Part shown: piece after piece, positions 1 through 12,243 of the stretch
Layout of the letters: the number at the start of each line of letters is the position of its first letter
Numbering within the stretch: position 1 is the stretch's first letter
Source: Mobula birostris
Taxonomy: Eukaryota
NCBI RefSeq assembly: GCF_030028105.1
Contig: NC_092375.1
Location: forward strand, 14,721,537-14,785,536
Length of the DNA: 64,000 bases
Reading direction: 5' to 3'
Translations under genes and position numbers: made by a program
The notes under the pieces: model-generated
Databases searched by the model: none
Told to the model about the DNA's origin: nothing
What the model saw: the letters and a program-made list of their open reading frames with translations, nothing else

Positions 1-1297
1 TGAAAATAGACAAGGGAGAGCCAGTGGATGTAGTGTACCTGGACTTTCAGAAAGCTTTTGATAAGGTCCCACATAAGAGATTAATGGGAAAAATTGGAGC
101 ACATGGTATTGGGGGCAGGGTACTGACATGGATGGAAAATTGGTTGGCAGACAGGAAACAAAAAGTAGGGATTAACGGGTCCCTTTCAGAATGGCAAGCG
201 GTGACTGGTAGGGTACTGCAAGGCTCGGTGCTGGGACCGCAGCTATTTACAATATACATTAATCATTTAGATGAAGGGATTAAAAGTAACATTAGTAAAT
301 TTGTCTGCTGATCGGTACATCTTCTGGCTGTGGGAGGAAACCTTAACCTTAGCCTAATCACAGGACAGTTTACAATGACAAATTTGCAGATGACAATAAG
401 CTGGGTAGCAGTGTGAAATGTGCGGAGGATGTTATGACAATGCAGGGTGACTTGGACAGGTTGGATGAGTGGGCAGATGCATGGCAGATGCAGTTTAATG
501 TGGATAAATGTGAGGTTATCCACTTTGGTAGCAAGAACAGGAAGGCTGATTACTATCTGAATGGTGTCAAGTTAGGAAAAGGGGAAGTACAACGAGATCT
601 AGGTGTCCTTGTTCATCAGTCTCTGAAAGTAAGTATGCAGGTACAGCAGGCAGTGAAGAAAGCTAATGGCATGTTGGCATTCATAACAAGGGGAGTTGAG
701 TATAGGAGCAAAGAGGTCCTTCTGCAGTTGTACAGGGCCCTGGTGAGACCACACCTGGAGTATTGTGTGCAGTTTTGGCCTCCAAATTTGAGGAAGGACA
801 TTCTTGCTATTGAGGGAGTGCAGCGTAGGTTCACAAGGTTAATTCCCGGGATGGCGGGACTGTCATATGTTGAAAGATTGGAGCGACTGGGCTTGTATAC
901 GGTGGAAATTAGAAGGATGAGAGGGGATCTGATTGAAACATATAAAATTATTAAGGGATTGGACACGCTAGAGGCAGGAAACATGTTCCCGATGTTTGGG
1001 GAGTCCAGAACTAGAGGCCACAAATTGAGAATAAGGAGTAGGCCATTTAGAACGGAGTTGAGGAAAAACTTTTTCACCCAGAGAGTTATGGATCTGTGGA
1101 ATGCTCTGCCTCAGAAGGCAATGGAGGCCAATTGTCTGGATGCTCTCAAGAAAGAGTTAGATAGAGCTCTTAATGATCGCAGAGTCAAGGGATATGGGGA
1201 GAAGGCAGGAACTGGATACTGATTCAGCCATGATCACAGTGAATGGCGGTGCTGGCTTGAAGGGCCGAATGGCCTACTCCTGCACCTATTGTCTATT
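1..1297 (+). mobile_element. CR1-clade LINE, 3' part of ORF2 (RT) plus 3' UTR, runs off window start
   Basis: ORFs 24-311 and 413-1222 carry CR1 RT motifs (YLDFQKAFDKVPH, QGSVLGP, KFADD split by an insertion, RPHLEYCVQFW); 3' UTR ends in short tandem CTATTGT tail. Confidence 0.95.
304..379 (-). mobile_element. 76-bp circularly permuted V-SINE fragment inserted in the CR1 RT
   Basis: Flanked by AAATTTG at 297-303 and 380-386; both halves match the SINE copies at 41905-41990 and 37500-37588 but in swapped order. Confidence 0.75.
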
Positions 1298-1719
1298 GCC
1301 TAATTTCATAATAGAGTATAAATCAACATATAATACATAAATTTTAATATATCCTTTAATTTGAATTTAAAATGTTTCAATTCTAGCTCATTGTTCAAAA
1401 CCCTAGAGAGTTTAGGTCCAACATATTCAATCTTTCTTTGTAAGAGAACCATTTCATTAGGACTTAATGAAGAACAGTGAGTTTTCTTTTCACTTGTTAG
1501 AAAGATGTGAAAACACAAATCAACAGTGTATGTGATTTTCTTCCAGTTAAGTCTGCCTGTAATCTGGATGAAATACTCGATAGGTGATCTCACCGATTCC
1601 CATACAGGGATTACTTTTCTTTGTAGTCAGAATCAGAATAAAAATCAGATTTAATGTCTCTGGCATATATTGTGAAATTTGTGGTCTTTGTGGCAGCACT
1701 ACAATGCAATACATAATAA

Positions 1720-2025
1720 TCTTCAAGGAGCGGTGTCTCAGAAAGGCAGTGTCCATTATTAAGGACCCCCAGCACCCAGGCATGCCCTTTTCTCACTGTT
1801 ACCATCAGGTAGGAGGTACAGAAGCCTGAAGGCACACACTCAGTGATTCGGGAACAGCTTCTTCCCCTCTGCCATCCGATTTCTAAATGGACATTGAACC
1901 CCTGGACACTACCTCACTTTTTTTTACGTATACTCTATAAAGTATACTGAATAAGATTTATTTATTTATTGATTATAATTTCTTTTTTCTATATTATGCA
2001 TTGCATTGAACTGTTGCTGTTGATA
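1720..2025 (+). mobile_element. Rex1/Babar LINE 3' fragment
   Basis: Encodes decayed GRRYRSLKAHTQxFGNSFFPSAIRFLN C-terminus; the same block recurs near 11005-11160, 15545-15960, 30600-30860, 34085-34540 and 43720-44260. Confidence 0.8.
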
Positions 2026-2522
2026 ATAGAGAAAAAACTGAATTACAGTAAATTAAATAGTTAAATTAAATAAGTAGTTGAAAATAAAAATAAAGAAGTT
2101 GTGAGATAGTTTTCATGTGTTCAGAAATCAGAGGTTTGCATTCCATTGGCCATCCTTATTTACCTCTGTGCTTCCTGCATGACAACATCTAGATTTCTCT
2201 GTAGACCACCATTCATTGGTCATACATTATTTCAATATTATTTATTTTTTCTATTCTTCTTACTGAAATGCACCTGTCTCCATTGTACTCCAATTGCTCT
2301 TTGTTACTCGTTAATTTAACCAGCTTTACACTCTGACTGTGGGTTATAATAGGTATGGACAGGATGTTTCTGTAGGTGGGAGGATATAGATTTTGTGGTA
2401 ACTGTTTAAAAAATAAGGACTCACCATTTAGGATGGAGATGGAGAAACTCCTTTTTTCTCTGTTAATGGGATAAGTCTTTGGAGCCCTTTCTTAAAGAGC
2501 ATAAGAAGAGACTCTTTGAATA

Positions 2523-2665
2523 CTCAGCAAGTCAGGCAGCATCTGTGGAGAGGTCATGATGAAGGATCTCGGCCCAAAGCATCAACTGTTTATCTCTCTC
2601 CATAGATGCTGCGTTTGTGTATGCTGTTCTGAATTTCTAGCATCTGCAGAATCTCTTGCATTTAC
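2523..2665 (+). mobile_element. Penelope-like terminal repeat with degenerate hammerhead motif
   Basis: gtcATGATGAaggatctcggcccAAAGcatcaactg is a mutated copy of the family motif seen best at 19042-19079. Confidence 0.7.
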
Positions 2666-3284
2666 ATCATGTTGGCCTATTGACCTCACAATCTATATCA
2701 TCACCTTGCAGTTTATTGTCAAGCTGCAGCGTACTTTTTCTATAACTGTAATACTTTATTATGCATTCTGTCAATGTTTTCCCTTGTACTAACTCAATGT
2801 ATTGTCGTAATGAAATAATCTGTATGGATGGCATGCAAAACAAGTTTTTCACTGTATGTCAGTAATAATAAAACCCATTCCTGTTCCAGTTCCAACATAT
2901 CAGGTTTCCAGCATCTACAGCATTTTATTTTTGGATTTTAGAGAACCATCGGTTTCATTAAAGAAGTATCTAGGACGAGCTTAGTGTGAGAGGGAGCAGA
3001 AGATGTTTAGAGTGGTTTAGACTACAGGCAACAGAAGGAACTTTGATCCACGTGGACTGATTAAAATCCAGAAAACATAACAGATCAGAAGTATAGAGCA
3101 CTGTGGAGTTAAATAAATTTATGAAAAGGAATGTATAAGGCGTGTTGAAATGAGTTACTCTCGGCGTCCTGTCAGCTCGTACCAGCCTGGTCGTTCTCCT
3201 CTAACCGCTCTCATTAACAATGTGTTTACAGCATATATACTTTGATTATAAATGTACTTTAAACTTTGAACTGATTGTTGCTGC

Positions 3285-3418
3285 AAGATGAGATGGTCAG
3301 CGTGTCTCAGAAACTACTGGATCTCCTGGGATTTTGACACACAAGTCTCAACAGTTAACAGAGAATGGTGTAGGGAATAAAAAAACATCTAGTGAGCAGC
3401 AGTTTTGTGGGTGATGTG
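3285..3418 (+). mobile_element. Tc1-like transposon fragment (first part; continues at 5541)
   Basis: Decayed SVSET.DLLGF...REW...KTSSEQQFCG helix-turn-helix region, homologous to the copy at 29822-30345. Confidence 0.75.
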
Positions 3419-3425
3419 TTATTTT

Positions 3426-4175
3426 AAGACCATAAGACATTGGAACAGAATTAGGGCATTTGGCCCATTGAGTCTGCTCTGCTATTTCATCACAGCTGAT
3501 GCATTTTTCCTCTCAGCCCCATTCTCCTGCCTTCTCCCTGTATCCCTCAATGGCCAGACCAAATCAAGAATCTATCAACCTCTGCCTTAAACATACATAC
3601 AGATTTGGCTTCCACAGCTGCCTGTGACAAAGAATTCCACAGCTTCACCACTCTCTAGCTAAAGAAATTCCTCCTCATCTCCATTCTAAAAGATGTTGCT
3701 CTATACTGAGGCTGTGTCCTCTGGTCTTAGACTCTCCCACCATAGGAAACATCCTCTCCACATCTGCTCTATAAAGGTCTTTCACCACCTTTTGTTGTCT
3801 TCTGTTTGTATTTGAAAGCTACCAATCCTCTACCTTCCCATTAATTCTTGCTCTAATATATGCCTTCTCTTTGGCTTTTATGTTGAATTTGATTTCTCTT
3901 GTTACATCAACTTGCCTTCAGAATACTTTTCCAATCAATTCCAACCAACTCCTCTTTCATGCCTCTGTAATTCCCTTAACTCCACTTTAATAGTTTTACA
4001 TCCAACTTTACCTTCTCCTTCTCAACTTTCTGCATGAATTTGATCATATTATAATCACTTACCCTGAAGGGTTCTTTTACCTTAAGGTCTCTAATCAGTT
4101 CGGGTTCATTGCCAAACAACCAATTCAGCATAGCTGATCCCATAGTAGGCTCAAACATGAGCTGCTCCACTTGCA
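3426..4175 (-). mobile_element. CR1 LINE, internally deleted fragment
   Basis: CR1 3' UTR/tail at 3426-3560 and ORF2 remnants (ORF 3976-4176 resembles EQL..EPT...LDWVLCNEPELI of the intact CR1 at 57750). Confidence 0.85.
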
Positions 4176-4204
4176 CTTGCTAATTTCATTGCCTGTTTCT
4201 AATG

Positions 4205-4530
4205 AATCCCTCGTGCTGATTGGTCACTCTTCAACTCAGAGAAACTGTCACAAAATTCTGCCTTTGATTGCCCTCTTGATTAAAAGCTAACTCTTTTTAC
4301 ACAGCCCTGACGTGGATTTTCGAACTCGGAGAAACTGGCTTGAAGCTTTGCTTTTACATCTTACACACAGACCTGACTGAAAGGTAGCTCTTTTTAAGCA
4401 TGGCCTCCTGCTGATTGGTTGCTCCTTAACACAAAGAACTGGTGTGAAACTCTGCCTTTGAAATTTTGATTGCCCTCCTGATTAATAGCTAGCTCTTTTT
4501 ACGCAGCCCTGACGTGGATTGTTCAACTTC
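4205..4530. repeat. Diverged tandem duplication (about 195-bp period) containing ATTGG (CCAAT) and TGACGTGG motifs
   Basis: tgctgattgg...ctgcctttga...ttgccctc.tgatta...ctctttttac.cagccctgacgtggatt occurs at about 4213-4319 and 4409-4520. Confidence 0.8.
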
Positions 4531-4545
4531 ATTAAGTGTGTACAT

Positions 4546-5347
4546 CAGGGGTCCCCAACCTTTTTTGCACCGCGGACCGGTTTAATATTGACAATATTGA
4601 CCGGCCGACCGGGGGGGAGGGGCGAGGGGGGTTGGCGGTGTTCAAGTCGGGTTGCCAACTTTCTCACTCCCAAATAAGGGACAAAAATAGCTGTCAAATA
4701 CGGGACACTTGTGTTTACCCAGAGAAAGACTACCGTGACCATGAAGCCGTACGCGGGCACCTGTGTGCGCATCCGTGACGTGCGCAGGCATGACGTGCAC
4801 ATGCGTGTACATGCTGATTTTTTTTCTACAAATCGGTTTTGGCTTAATCTTCTGGATTCTGTTAAGTGAAACTATGCTGTACATACATTATTTCTACTTT
4901 ATATAGGCTGTGTATTTATCATATCATTCCTGCTTTTACTATACGTTCATGTTATTTTAGGTTTTGTGTGTTATTTGGTATGATTTGGTAGGTTATTTTT
5001 TGGGTCTGGGAACGCTCAAAAGTTTTTCCCATATAAATTAATGGTAATTGCTTCTTCGCTTTACGTCATTTCGGCTTACGTTATGAACGGTTTCATAGGA
5101 ATGCTATACCTTAGCGGGGGAAATACGGGGCAAGGGCGGTCCCATATGGGACAAACCAATTTAGCCCAATATACGGGATGTCCCGGCTAATACGGGACAG
5201 TTGGCAACCCTATGTTCAAGTTCAACAGTGTGTGACAGGGAATGAGGAAAGGTGCAGCTGACTCATATCGTTTCATATCGCCAAATCATATTGTTTCCTA
5301 GCGGCCCGGTAGCACACGCTTTGTGGCCCGGTGGTTGGGGACCACTG
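4546..5347. mobile_element. hAT (Charlie-like) non-autonomous element
   Basis: TIRs CAGGGGTCCCCAACC / GGTTGGGGACCACTG; 8-bp TSD GTGTACAT (4538-4545) / GTGTACTT (5348-5355). Confidence 0.9.
4647..5212. mobile_element. Second hAT (Blackjack-like TIR) element nested in the first
   Basis: TIRs TCGGGTTGCCAACT / AGTTGGCAACCCTA; perfect 8-bp TSD TGTTCAAG at 4639-4646 and 5213-5220; subterminal ATACGGGAC repeats. Confidence 0.9.
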
Positions 5348-5540
5348 GTGTACTTAATAAAGAACTGAAATTCCCAGTGTGCAATGTGGGTGGTTCACCT
5401 GGAAATGGAAGTAACGTTGGTGAGCGTGGTTGCACGCACTTGCGTTGAGCTGAAGCCATGAGTGGAGTGTCCTGTAGATAACTATGTTCGTGTTTTTACA
5501 AATGCTGTTTGTCTTTATGAAGAATAAACATAACAGCTGA

Positions 5541-5743
5541 AAGTGTCTTGTTAGTGTGAGAGGTCAGAAAAGAATGGCCAAACTGCTCATGCTGACAGAA
5601 AGGCGACAACAACTTAAATAACCATGAGTTTGATCAGTGGTGTGCACAAGAGCATTTTGAACACGTAATACGTTGAACCTTGAAGTACATGAGCCACAGA
5701 AGCAGAAGACCACGAGGTATCTGATAAAGTGGCCATTAAATGT
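5541..5743 (+). mobile_element. Tc1-like transposon fragment (second part with terminal repeat)
   Basis: CLVSVRGQKRMAKL...ADRKAT continues the reading at 3285-3418; ends in TAAAGTGGCCA TIR-like motif. Confidence 0.75.
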
Positions 5744-6038
5744 TTGACCCTCCATTCTCTGCCTGTTCACATGGCTGTCTAAATGACTCCTGAAGACAGG
5801 GTTTCTATCTGCCTCCACCATTTCCCCTGGCAGTACATTCCAGCCAACAATCTCCCTCTGTCTGAAAAAAGCCTTGCCTCATTTAAGGTTATGTAAGAAC
5901 CTTAAAATAACTTCAGGGTATTTAATTATCAAAGAGTTGTTCAAGTAATTGCTTAAGAGCTCTTTTGAACTTACCCCCTCTCACCTCAAGACTGTACTTT
6001 ATAGTTCTTGACATTTCCACTCTGAGAAATAGATTCTC

Positions 6039-6040
<2 letters not shown>

Positions 6041-6075
<35 letters not shown>

Positions 6076-6086
6076 ATGTGGGTGTG
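6041..6086. repeat. (TG)n microsatellite at the 3' end of the minus-strand RTE
   Basis: Direct reading of sequence. Confidence 0.95.
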
Positions 6087-6087
6087 T

Positions 6088-8530
6088 TTATGTGTCTGGA
6101 GGTGACTGATGAGTCCAATCCAGGCTAGGACGTACCTCCCACACGTGGGGCAAGTGTGTGAGAGCTCTGCTCTGTAACTTAGGTGTCTGCCGCTCGTTCT
6201 TTCTGCTGTTGTTGTTTCCCTTTTGCTTCAGCGTTGCGATTCTTTTCAGCTTTGGCGGCACCTTTATAGAGAAGGCTGCGCCAGGATTACGATTCAAGGC
6301 TGCGTGTTCCCAGGAAGTGTGATCGATCTCAAGGGCCGTGAACAAAGCCTTGAGTGTGTCCTTGAATCGTTTTTGCTGACCACCAAAAGGGTGCTTCCCT
6401 GTGGACAGTTCCCCAAAGAACAACTGCTTGGGAATATGGTCGACGTGGCCTGCCCAATTGACCTGATGTTTCGTCAGTAATGTGTAGATGGAGGACATGT
6501 CAGCTGCAGACAGCACTTGCACATCAGGAATTCTGTCTTGCCAAATGATTTTCATGATCTTCCGCAGTCATGACAAGTGGAAGTGGTTCAGTCTACATGC
6601 GTGTCTCATGTATACAGTCCACGTTTCACACGTGTAGAGGTGGCTGGGTAGGATGACAGTGCAGCAGACTTTCAACTTAGTCCTCAGAGTAATTCCCCTT
6701 TGCCCTCAGACAGTGTCACATAGTCTCCCAAAACTGGCACTAGCCTTGGCGATCCTGCAGCTGACCTTATCTTTAATGTGAGTTGCCAAGAGACGTGAAC
6801 CTGTCAGTTGCCTGGAGCTGCTGGCCATTCACGGAGATGGATGGCTCCACACAGGGTTGATCCGACGATGCTTGGTGCATGACTTCTGTCTTCTTGGTGC
6901 TGATAGTGAGGCCAAAGTTGTCACATACAATAGAGATTTATTGATGATGTCCTGCATGTCAAACTTGCGTTGAGAGCACAGTTCTCAGTAAATAGGAAGT
7001 CACTCAGCCCCATCTCTTTGACCTTCGTAACTGCTTGAAGCCTGTGCAGGTTGAACAGCTTGCTATCCATTCTGTATTTGATGTGGATTCCAGGGATCGA
7101 TGCCTGGAAATGCATCGGTCAACATCACACTGAACATCATTCTGAAGAGGGTGGGTGACAGCACACATCCCTGCTTGGCCCCATTTGTGACTGAGAAAGC
7201 AACAGAACAGTCACCATCGTCGAGCACACAGGCTGACACCCCGTCATGAAACTGAATAATCATGGTGATGAATCTTCCAGGGCAACCAAACTTCACCATG
7301 ATCTTCCATAATCCCTCTCGGCTCACAGTGTCAAAGGCCTTGGTACAATCAACGAAGGTGGTGCAGAGCTGTTTGTTCTGCTCCAGGCATTTTTCCTGCA
7401 TCGTCTTGCAGCAAAGATCAAGTTCCTCTTCCCTTCCTGAAGTCGTACTGACTTTTCGCGTTCCAGATGAGCATTTAGCCTGTCTAGTAGGACTCTGGCT
7501 AAGATTTTCCCAGTTACTGAGAGCAAAGAGATGCCTCTGTAGTTGTCACATGCTTGACAGTTTCCCTTGCACAGGTGTACAATGGATGCATCTTTCATTT
7601 CTGGCAGAATCTGACACTTCTCCCAGAAGGACTGGAAGAGCTCTGTCAGTTTGCTGGTGATGAGGCTGATAGCATCAAAAATCTCTTCGAGTCATGTCTA
7701 TCGGTGTAGCCCTGAATCTCCTCAGCCTTTTTGCAGAGCCAAGAGTCTTGCATCTTATCTTGAACTGTTCTGCATGTAATGGCAAATGCTGTCTTCTGAT
7801 AGGCTCTGTGTAGCCTGGGCTTTTATCTCCTCATCATGTACATCTACCCAATTTTAGTTCTTCTTTGTTGTATGGCCAAAGACCTCGAAGAAGGCAGAAG
7901 GAACACAATCTCTGAAAGCACCCAGTTTTCTTCAACATCCCCTCCAAGATGAACATTGCTGAGCTGTGACTGGAGGCTTTTAACCAGGTGGTCTGCAGCA
8001 GTACCCGATTTAGGCTTGCTGACGTTGAGATTCTTGGCAAGTCTCCTTGCCTGTGTACATTGTTTGGGTTGGATGTGGACATTAGGTTTGGAAACAATCA
8101 GATGGTGGTCTGTCCAGCAGTCTATGCCACACATGGCTTTGGTCACTCTGACATCACGGCTGTCACATCTTCTGGTGATGACGTAGTCAATCAGATACCA
8201 GTGTTTAGAGCGGGGATACATCCAAGACATCTTGTTATGGTTTGGTTGGCAGAAGACCATGTTGGTGATGATCAGATCATGCATGTCACAAGTTTTCAGA
8301 AGGCTGTCGCTGTTGCATTTGCCTACCTCATAGTGCCCTCGGACTCCATCCCAGATATTGTGGTCTCATCCCACTCAAGCGTTGAAATCTCCAAGGGCAA
8401 GGAAATTGTCTGACCTGGTACAGTGCAATCAGGGGACCAAGCTCTCCATAGAGCTTGTCTTTGTGGCCTCCTCTGACTGGTCATTGCATTTGTTCCTCAA
8501 TGGTAGGTGCATGATCATTAGTCAATTATT
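6088..8530 (-). mobile_element. RTE-clade (BovB-like) LINE, 5'-truncated, decayed, with internal deletion
   Basis: ORFs give endonuclease end (HDLIITN..F...K.SWMYPRSKHWYLIDY), NYRGISLLS.TGKILAR, FVD.TKAFDTVSREGLW, GAKQGCVLSPTLF and PKQLFFGEL..GK...GGQ.KRFKD; C-terminal CPTCGR...H...H. Confidence 0.93.
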
Positions 8531-8589
8531 AAATTCTTTTGGTAGACTGGTAAACTTTCAGACAAAATGGCTGACCTATCTTGGAAAAT

Positions 8590-9262
8590 AGAACAGGTCT
8601 TCACACCAGAGGTGCTACCCTTCCCTGACACCCCATAGTGGATTCATTGCCTACCCTCTCTATGACTCTCATTACTTTCATAAACTTCTATTGGGTCACC
8701 CTGCTCAGCTTCCACCGCTCCGGAGTAAGCAATCAAAGGCCATGAAACCTCTCCTTATACATAATACTGTGTAATACCTCCTGATGGAACTCTTCTGCAC
8801 TCTTTCCAGAGCCTCCACATCCTTCCTGTAATACAGTGAGTGAAACTACCTACGGTACTCTAAATGCAGCCTAAACATTTCAATGTGACTTGGCTTTCAG
8901 ACTCAGTGACCCCAATAACAATGGATGTGGAGAAGATGTTTCCTGTGGTGGCAGAAACAGAATTACATGGCACAGCCCCAACATTGAGCGGTGATCCTTT
9001 AGAAAAGAGGTAAGGAAAATTTTTTTTAGCCAGAGACTAATAAATCTGTGGAATGTTCTGTCACAGACTATGATGGAGGCCAAATCTATTCATATATTTA
9101 AGGCAGAAGTTGATTGTTTGCTGATTGGTCAAGGCATCAAAGGATATGGCGAGAAGGCAGGTGTATGGGCTTGAATGGGATCTGGGATCAGCCATAATGG
9201 AATATCGGAGCAGACTCGATGGGCTGAATAGCCTAATTCTGCTCCTATGTCTTATGGTCTAA
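8590..9262. mobile_element. Cluster of short CR1 3' fragments (minus 8590-8880, plus 8920-9262)
   Basis: Similarity to the CR1 ORF2 C-terminus and 3' UTR (GGCCTAATTCTGCTCCTATGTCTTATGG-type tail). Confidence 0.8.
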
Positions 9263-9486
9263 TGAAGATAAGTATTCCAGATGGCTTCTTTACTACCCTA
9301 TTTTGCTGTGTCGCCACATTCATGAAGATATGGACTTTCACTCCAAGATTCCTTTGTACATCAATGCCCTTAAGTGTCCTGCCCTTTACTGTATGTGGTC
9401 CTTATGCAAGTGACTTACATTTATAACATTTACATTATAACTTACATTTGAGCAGATTAAAATCCAACTGATATAGATCATATGGA

Positions 9487-10590
9487 AATAAGACATAGGA
9501 ACAGAATTAGGCCATTCGGTCCATCGAGTCTGCTCCACCGTTCCATCATGGCTGATTTGTTAACCCTCTCAACACCATTCTCTTACCTTCTCCCCATAAC
9601 CTTCGACATCCTGATTAATCAAAAACGTATCAAACTCTGACTTTAAATATACCCAACGACTTGGGCTGCACTGCTGTCTATGGCAATGAATTCCACAGAT
9701 TCGCCACTCTCTGGCTAAAGAAATGTTTCCTCATCTCTCTTCTAAATGGACAACTCTCAATTGCAAGGCTATGCCCTCTGATCCTAGACTCCTCTACCAT
9801 AGGAAACATCCTCTCCACATCCACTCTGTCTAGGCCTTTCAATATTTGAAATGTTTCAATGAGATCTCCTGTCATTTTTCTAAACAGTACAAGTACTCCT
9901 CATGTGTTAACCTTTTCATTCCTGGAATCATTCTTGTGGACCTCGTCTGGACCCTCCCAGAGCCCAAAATATCTTTTCTTTGATACGAGACCCAGAATTG
10001 CTCACAATACTCTACGTATGGTCTGACTACTGACTCATAAAGCCACAGCATTACATCTTTGCTTTTGTATTTTGTTCGTCTCAAAGTGAATGCTAATATT
10101 GCTTTGCCTTTATTACCACTGACTCAACCTGCAAGTTAACCTTTAGTGGATCCTGCACATGGATTCCCAAGTCCCTTAGCACCTCCAATTTTTGAATTTT
10201 CTCTCAATAATCCATGCATTTATTCCTTCTGCCAAATTGCATGACAATGCACTTCTCTACATTGTATTCCATCTGTCCTTCTGCAGCCATCCTGCTTCCT
10301 CAACACTACCTGCCCCTCCATATATCCTCATATTGTCTGCAAAAGTGGTCACAAAGCCATCGATTCCTTCATCCAAATCATTTATAGAATGCGAAAAGAA
10401 GCAGTCCCAATATCATCTCCTGCAGCACACTACTAGTCACTGGCAGCAGAACTGAAAAGACCCACTTTATTTCCACTTTTTGCCTCCTGCCAGTCAGCAA
10501 TCTTCTGTACATGCTAATATCTTTCCTGTAATGTAGTTTCTTAACTTTACCCACAAGGATTCTACATGTTCCAATCCGATGTCGCCTTTT
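9487..10590 (-). mobile_element. CR1 LINE 3' fragment
   Basis: ORFs 9678-9875 and 9872-10084 (RPYVEYCEQFW, GDLIETFQILKGLDRVD, HFFSQRV) plus CR1 tail. Confidence 0.9.
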
Positions 10591-12125
10591 TCTAAGATGA
10601 GCACTTCCATCTGTGCTTGCCCAAGCATTAACATATTTCTAGCTTTTATGTATCCTGCTAAAACCTTGGACAATCCTCCTCACTGTTCACAACTTAACCA
10701 ACTTTTTAAATCTCCTTCCCAATTTAGTAATCAGCCTATCTACATTTCCTTCATCACCACAGACAATAGACACAACACTGACCCTTGGTGAGCAGCACTA
10801 GTCACAGAACACCAGTCAGGATAATGCCACTCTATCAATACCCCCTGTCTTCTATGGGCAAGACAACCACCAAATCTCCTTGTGCTTCTGGATCAACCTA
10901 TCATAAGGACCAGATCAATGTTTACATGTTCTTTGCTGTTCTCATTATAGTTATAATCTTCACTGAAATTTTCTATGAGTATACCCTGAACAGACAAATC
11001 ATGTCCTGTTCTCACTGTTACCCTCAGGAAGAAAGTACAGAAGCCTGAAGGCACACACTCCACAATTCACGAACAGCTTCTTCCCTTCTGTCATACGATT
11101 TCTGAATGGAGATTAACTCACTACTTTTTAATTTCTATTTTTGCGCTACTTATTTTTCATATACTTGGACAATCAAGTCTACTCCACCATTCCATCATGG
11201 TTGATTTATTATCCCTCTCAACCCCATTCTCCATAACCTTTTGAGGCTCTCACTAATCAAGAACCTTTCAAGCTCTGCTTTAAACACACCCAATAACTTG
11301 ACCTCCAAGCTATTGTGGCAATGAATTCCACAGATTCCTAATCATCTGGCTAAAGAAATTTCCCCCTCATCTCTGTTCTAAAAGGATGCCCTTGTATTCT
11401 GGGGCTGTGCTCCCTGTCCTAGACTCTTCCACTATTGAACATGTCCTCTCCACGTCCATTCTGTCTAAACATTTCGTTGATAAATTTTAATGTGATTTCT
11501 CCTCATTTTTCAATGCATTCCAAGACTTGGCCAGGAAGGTTTGCAACTAATGTATCTGAAAGATTCAATCTTGTTTGTAACTAATTTTGAAAGATATATT
11601 TACCACATATGCAAAGTGATACTCTGCCAGCAAATGAGCATTGGTGGATGATACGGTCACTGCTATTTGCAATTACTACAGTTCTTAACATAACATTTTC
11701 TTTTGAAGTTTATCATGCGGTGTGTTCTTAAATGAATAATTTCATTTAATTATCTGAAGAATAGGTCTCTCTCCAGACTTTCTGGAGCCCAAGTAATTAG
11801 GAATTCACAAAGTAATGTAATTTGTTGATGTCAAATAAAACTATGCAAGCAAAAGTTCAGAGGGAGAAAGGACAGTTACCAGTTATGCGATGCACTTTCA
11901 AGTTAATTGAGATGTTTAAAAAATATATATACTTTCTGTGAAGCAACTATAGTGCCTATCAGGGAAAGCTCACATTTCAGCAGAGTCTGAGCCTAATTGA
12001 TTGGAGTTACTTTACAATATTCTGCGTTTGCAAAAGTCAGATTTCCAAGTGGGTCTGACGCTTCCAGGCACTCTATTGGGGATACAAAATGTGCAGTAGA
12101 TGTGAATTCCCTTTCTTTGCAGATG

Positions 12126-12243
12126 CTAGATTTGCTTCACCATGTCAGCCTTTGCGTTGTCTCTATTGTCACCAGTGCTTTCCAACATCTTTGTCCTCTT
12201 TCTAATCATGTTTTTGGATGCCTTATCCTGCATTATTTTCATA
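12126..12243 (-). CDS. Putative terminal coding exon of an unidentified host gene (..T-MKIMQDKASKNMIRKRTKMLESTGDNRDNAKADMVKQI*)
   Basis: Non-repetitive sequence; acceptor ttttggtttctgctttcgtgcAG ending at 12244; the other two frames stop within 7 codons; phase matches the 14473-14586 exon; followed by AT-rich UTR-like unique DNA. No homology recognised. Confidence 0.55.
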
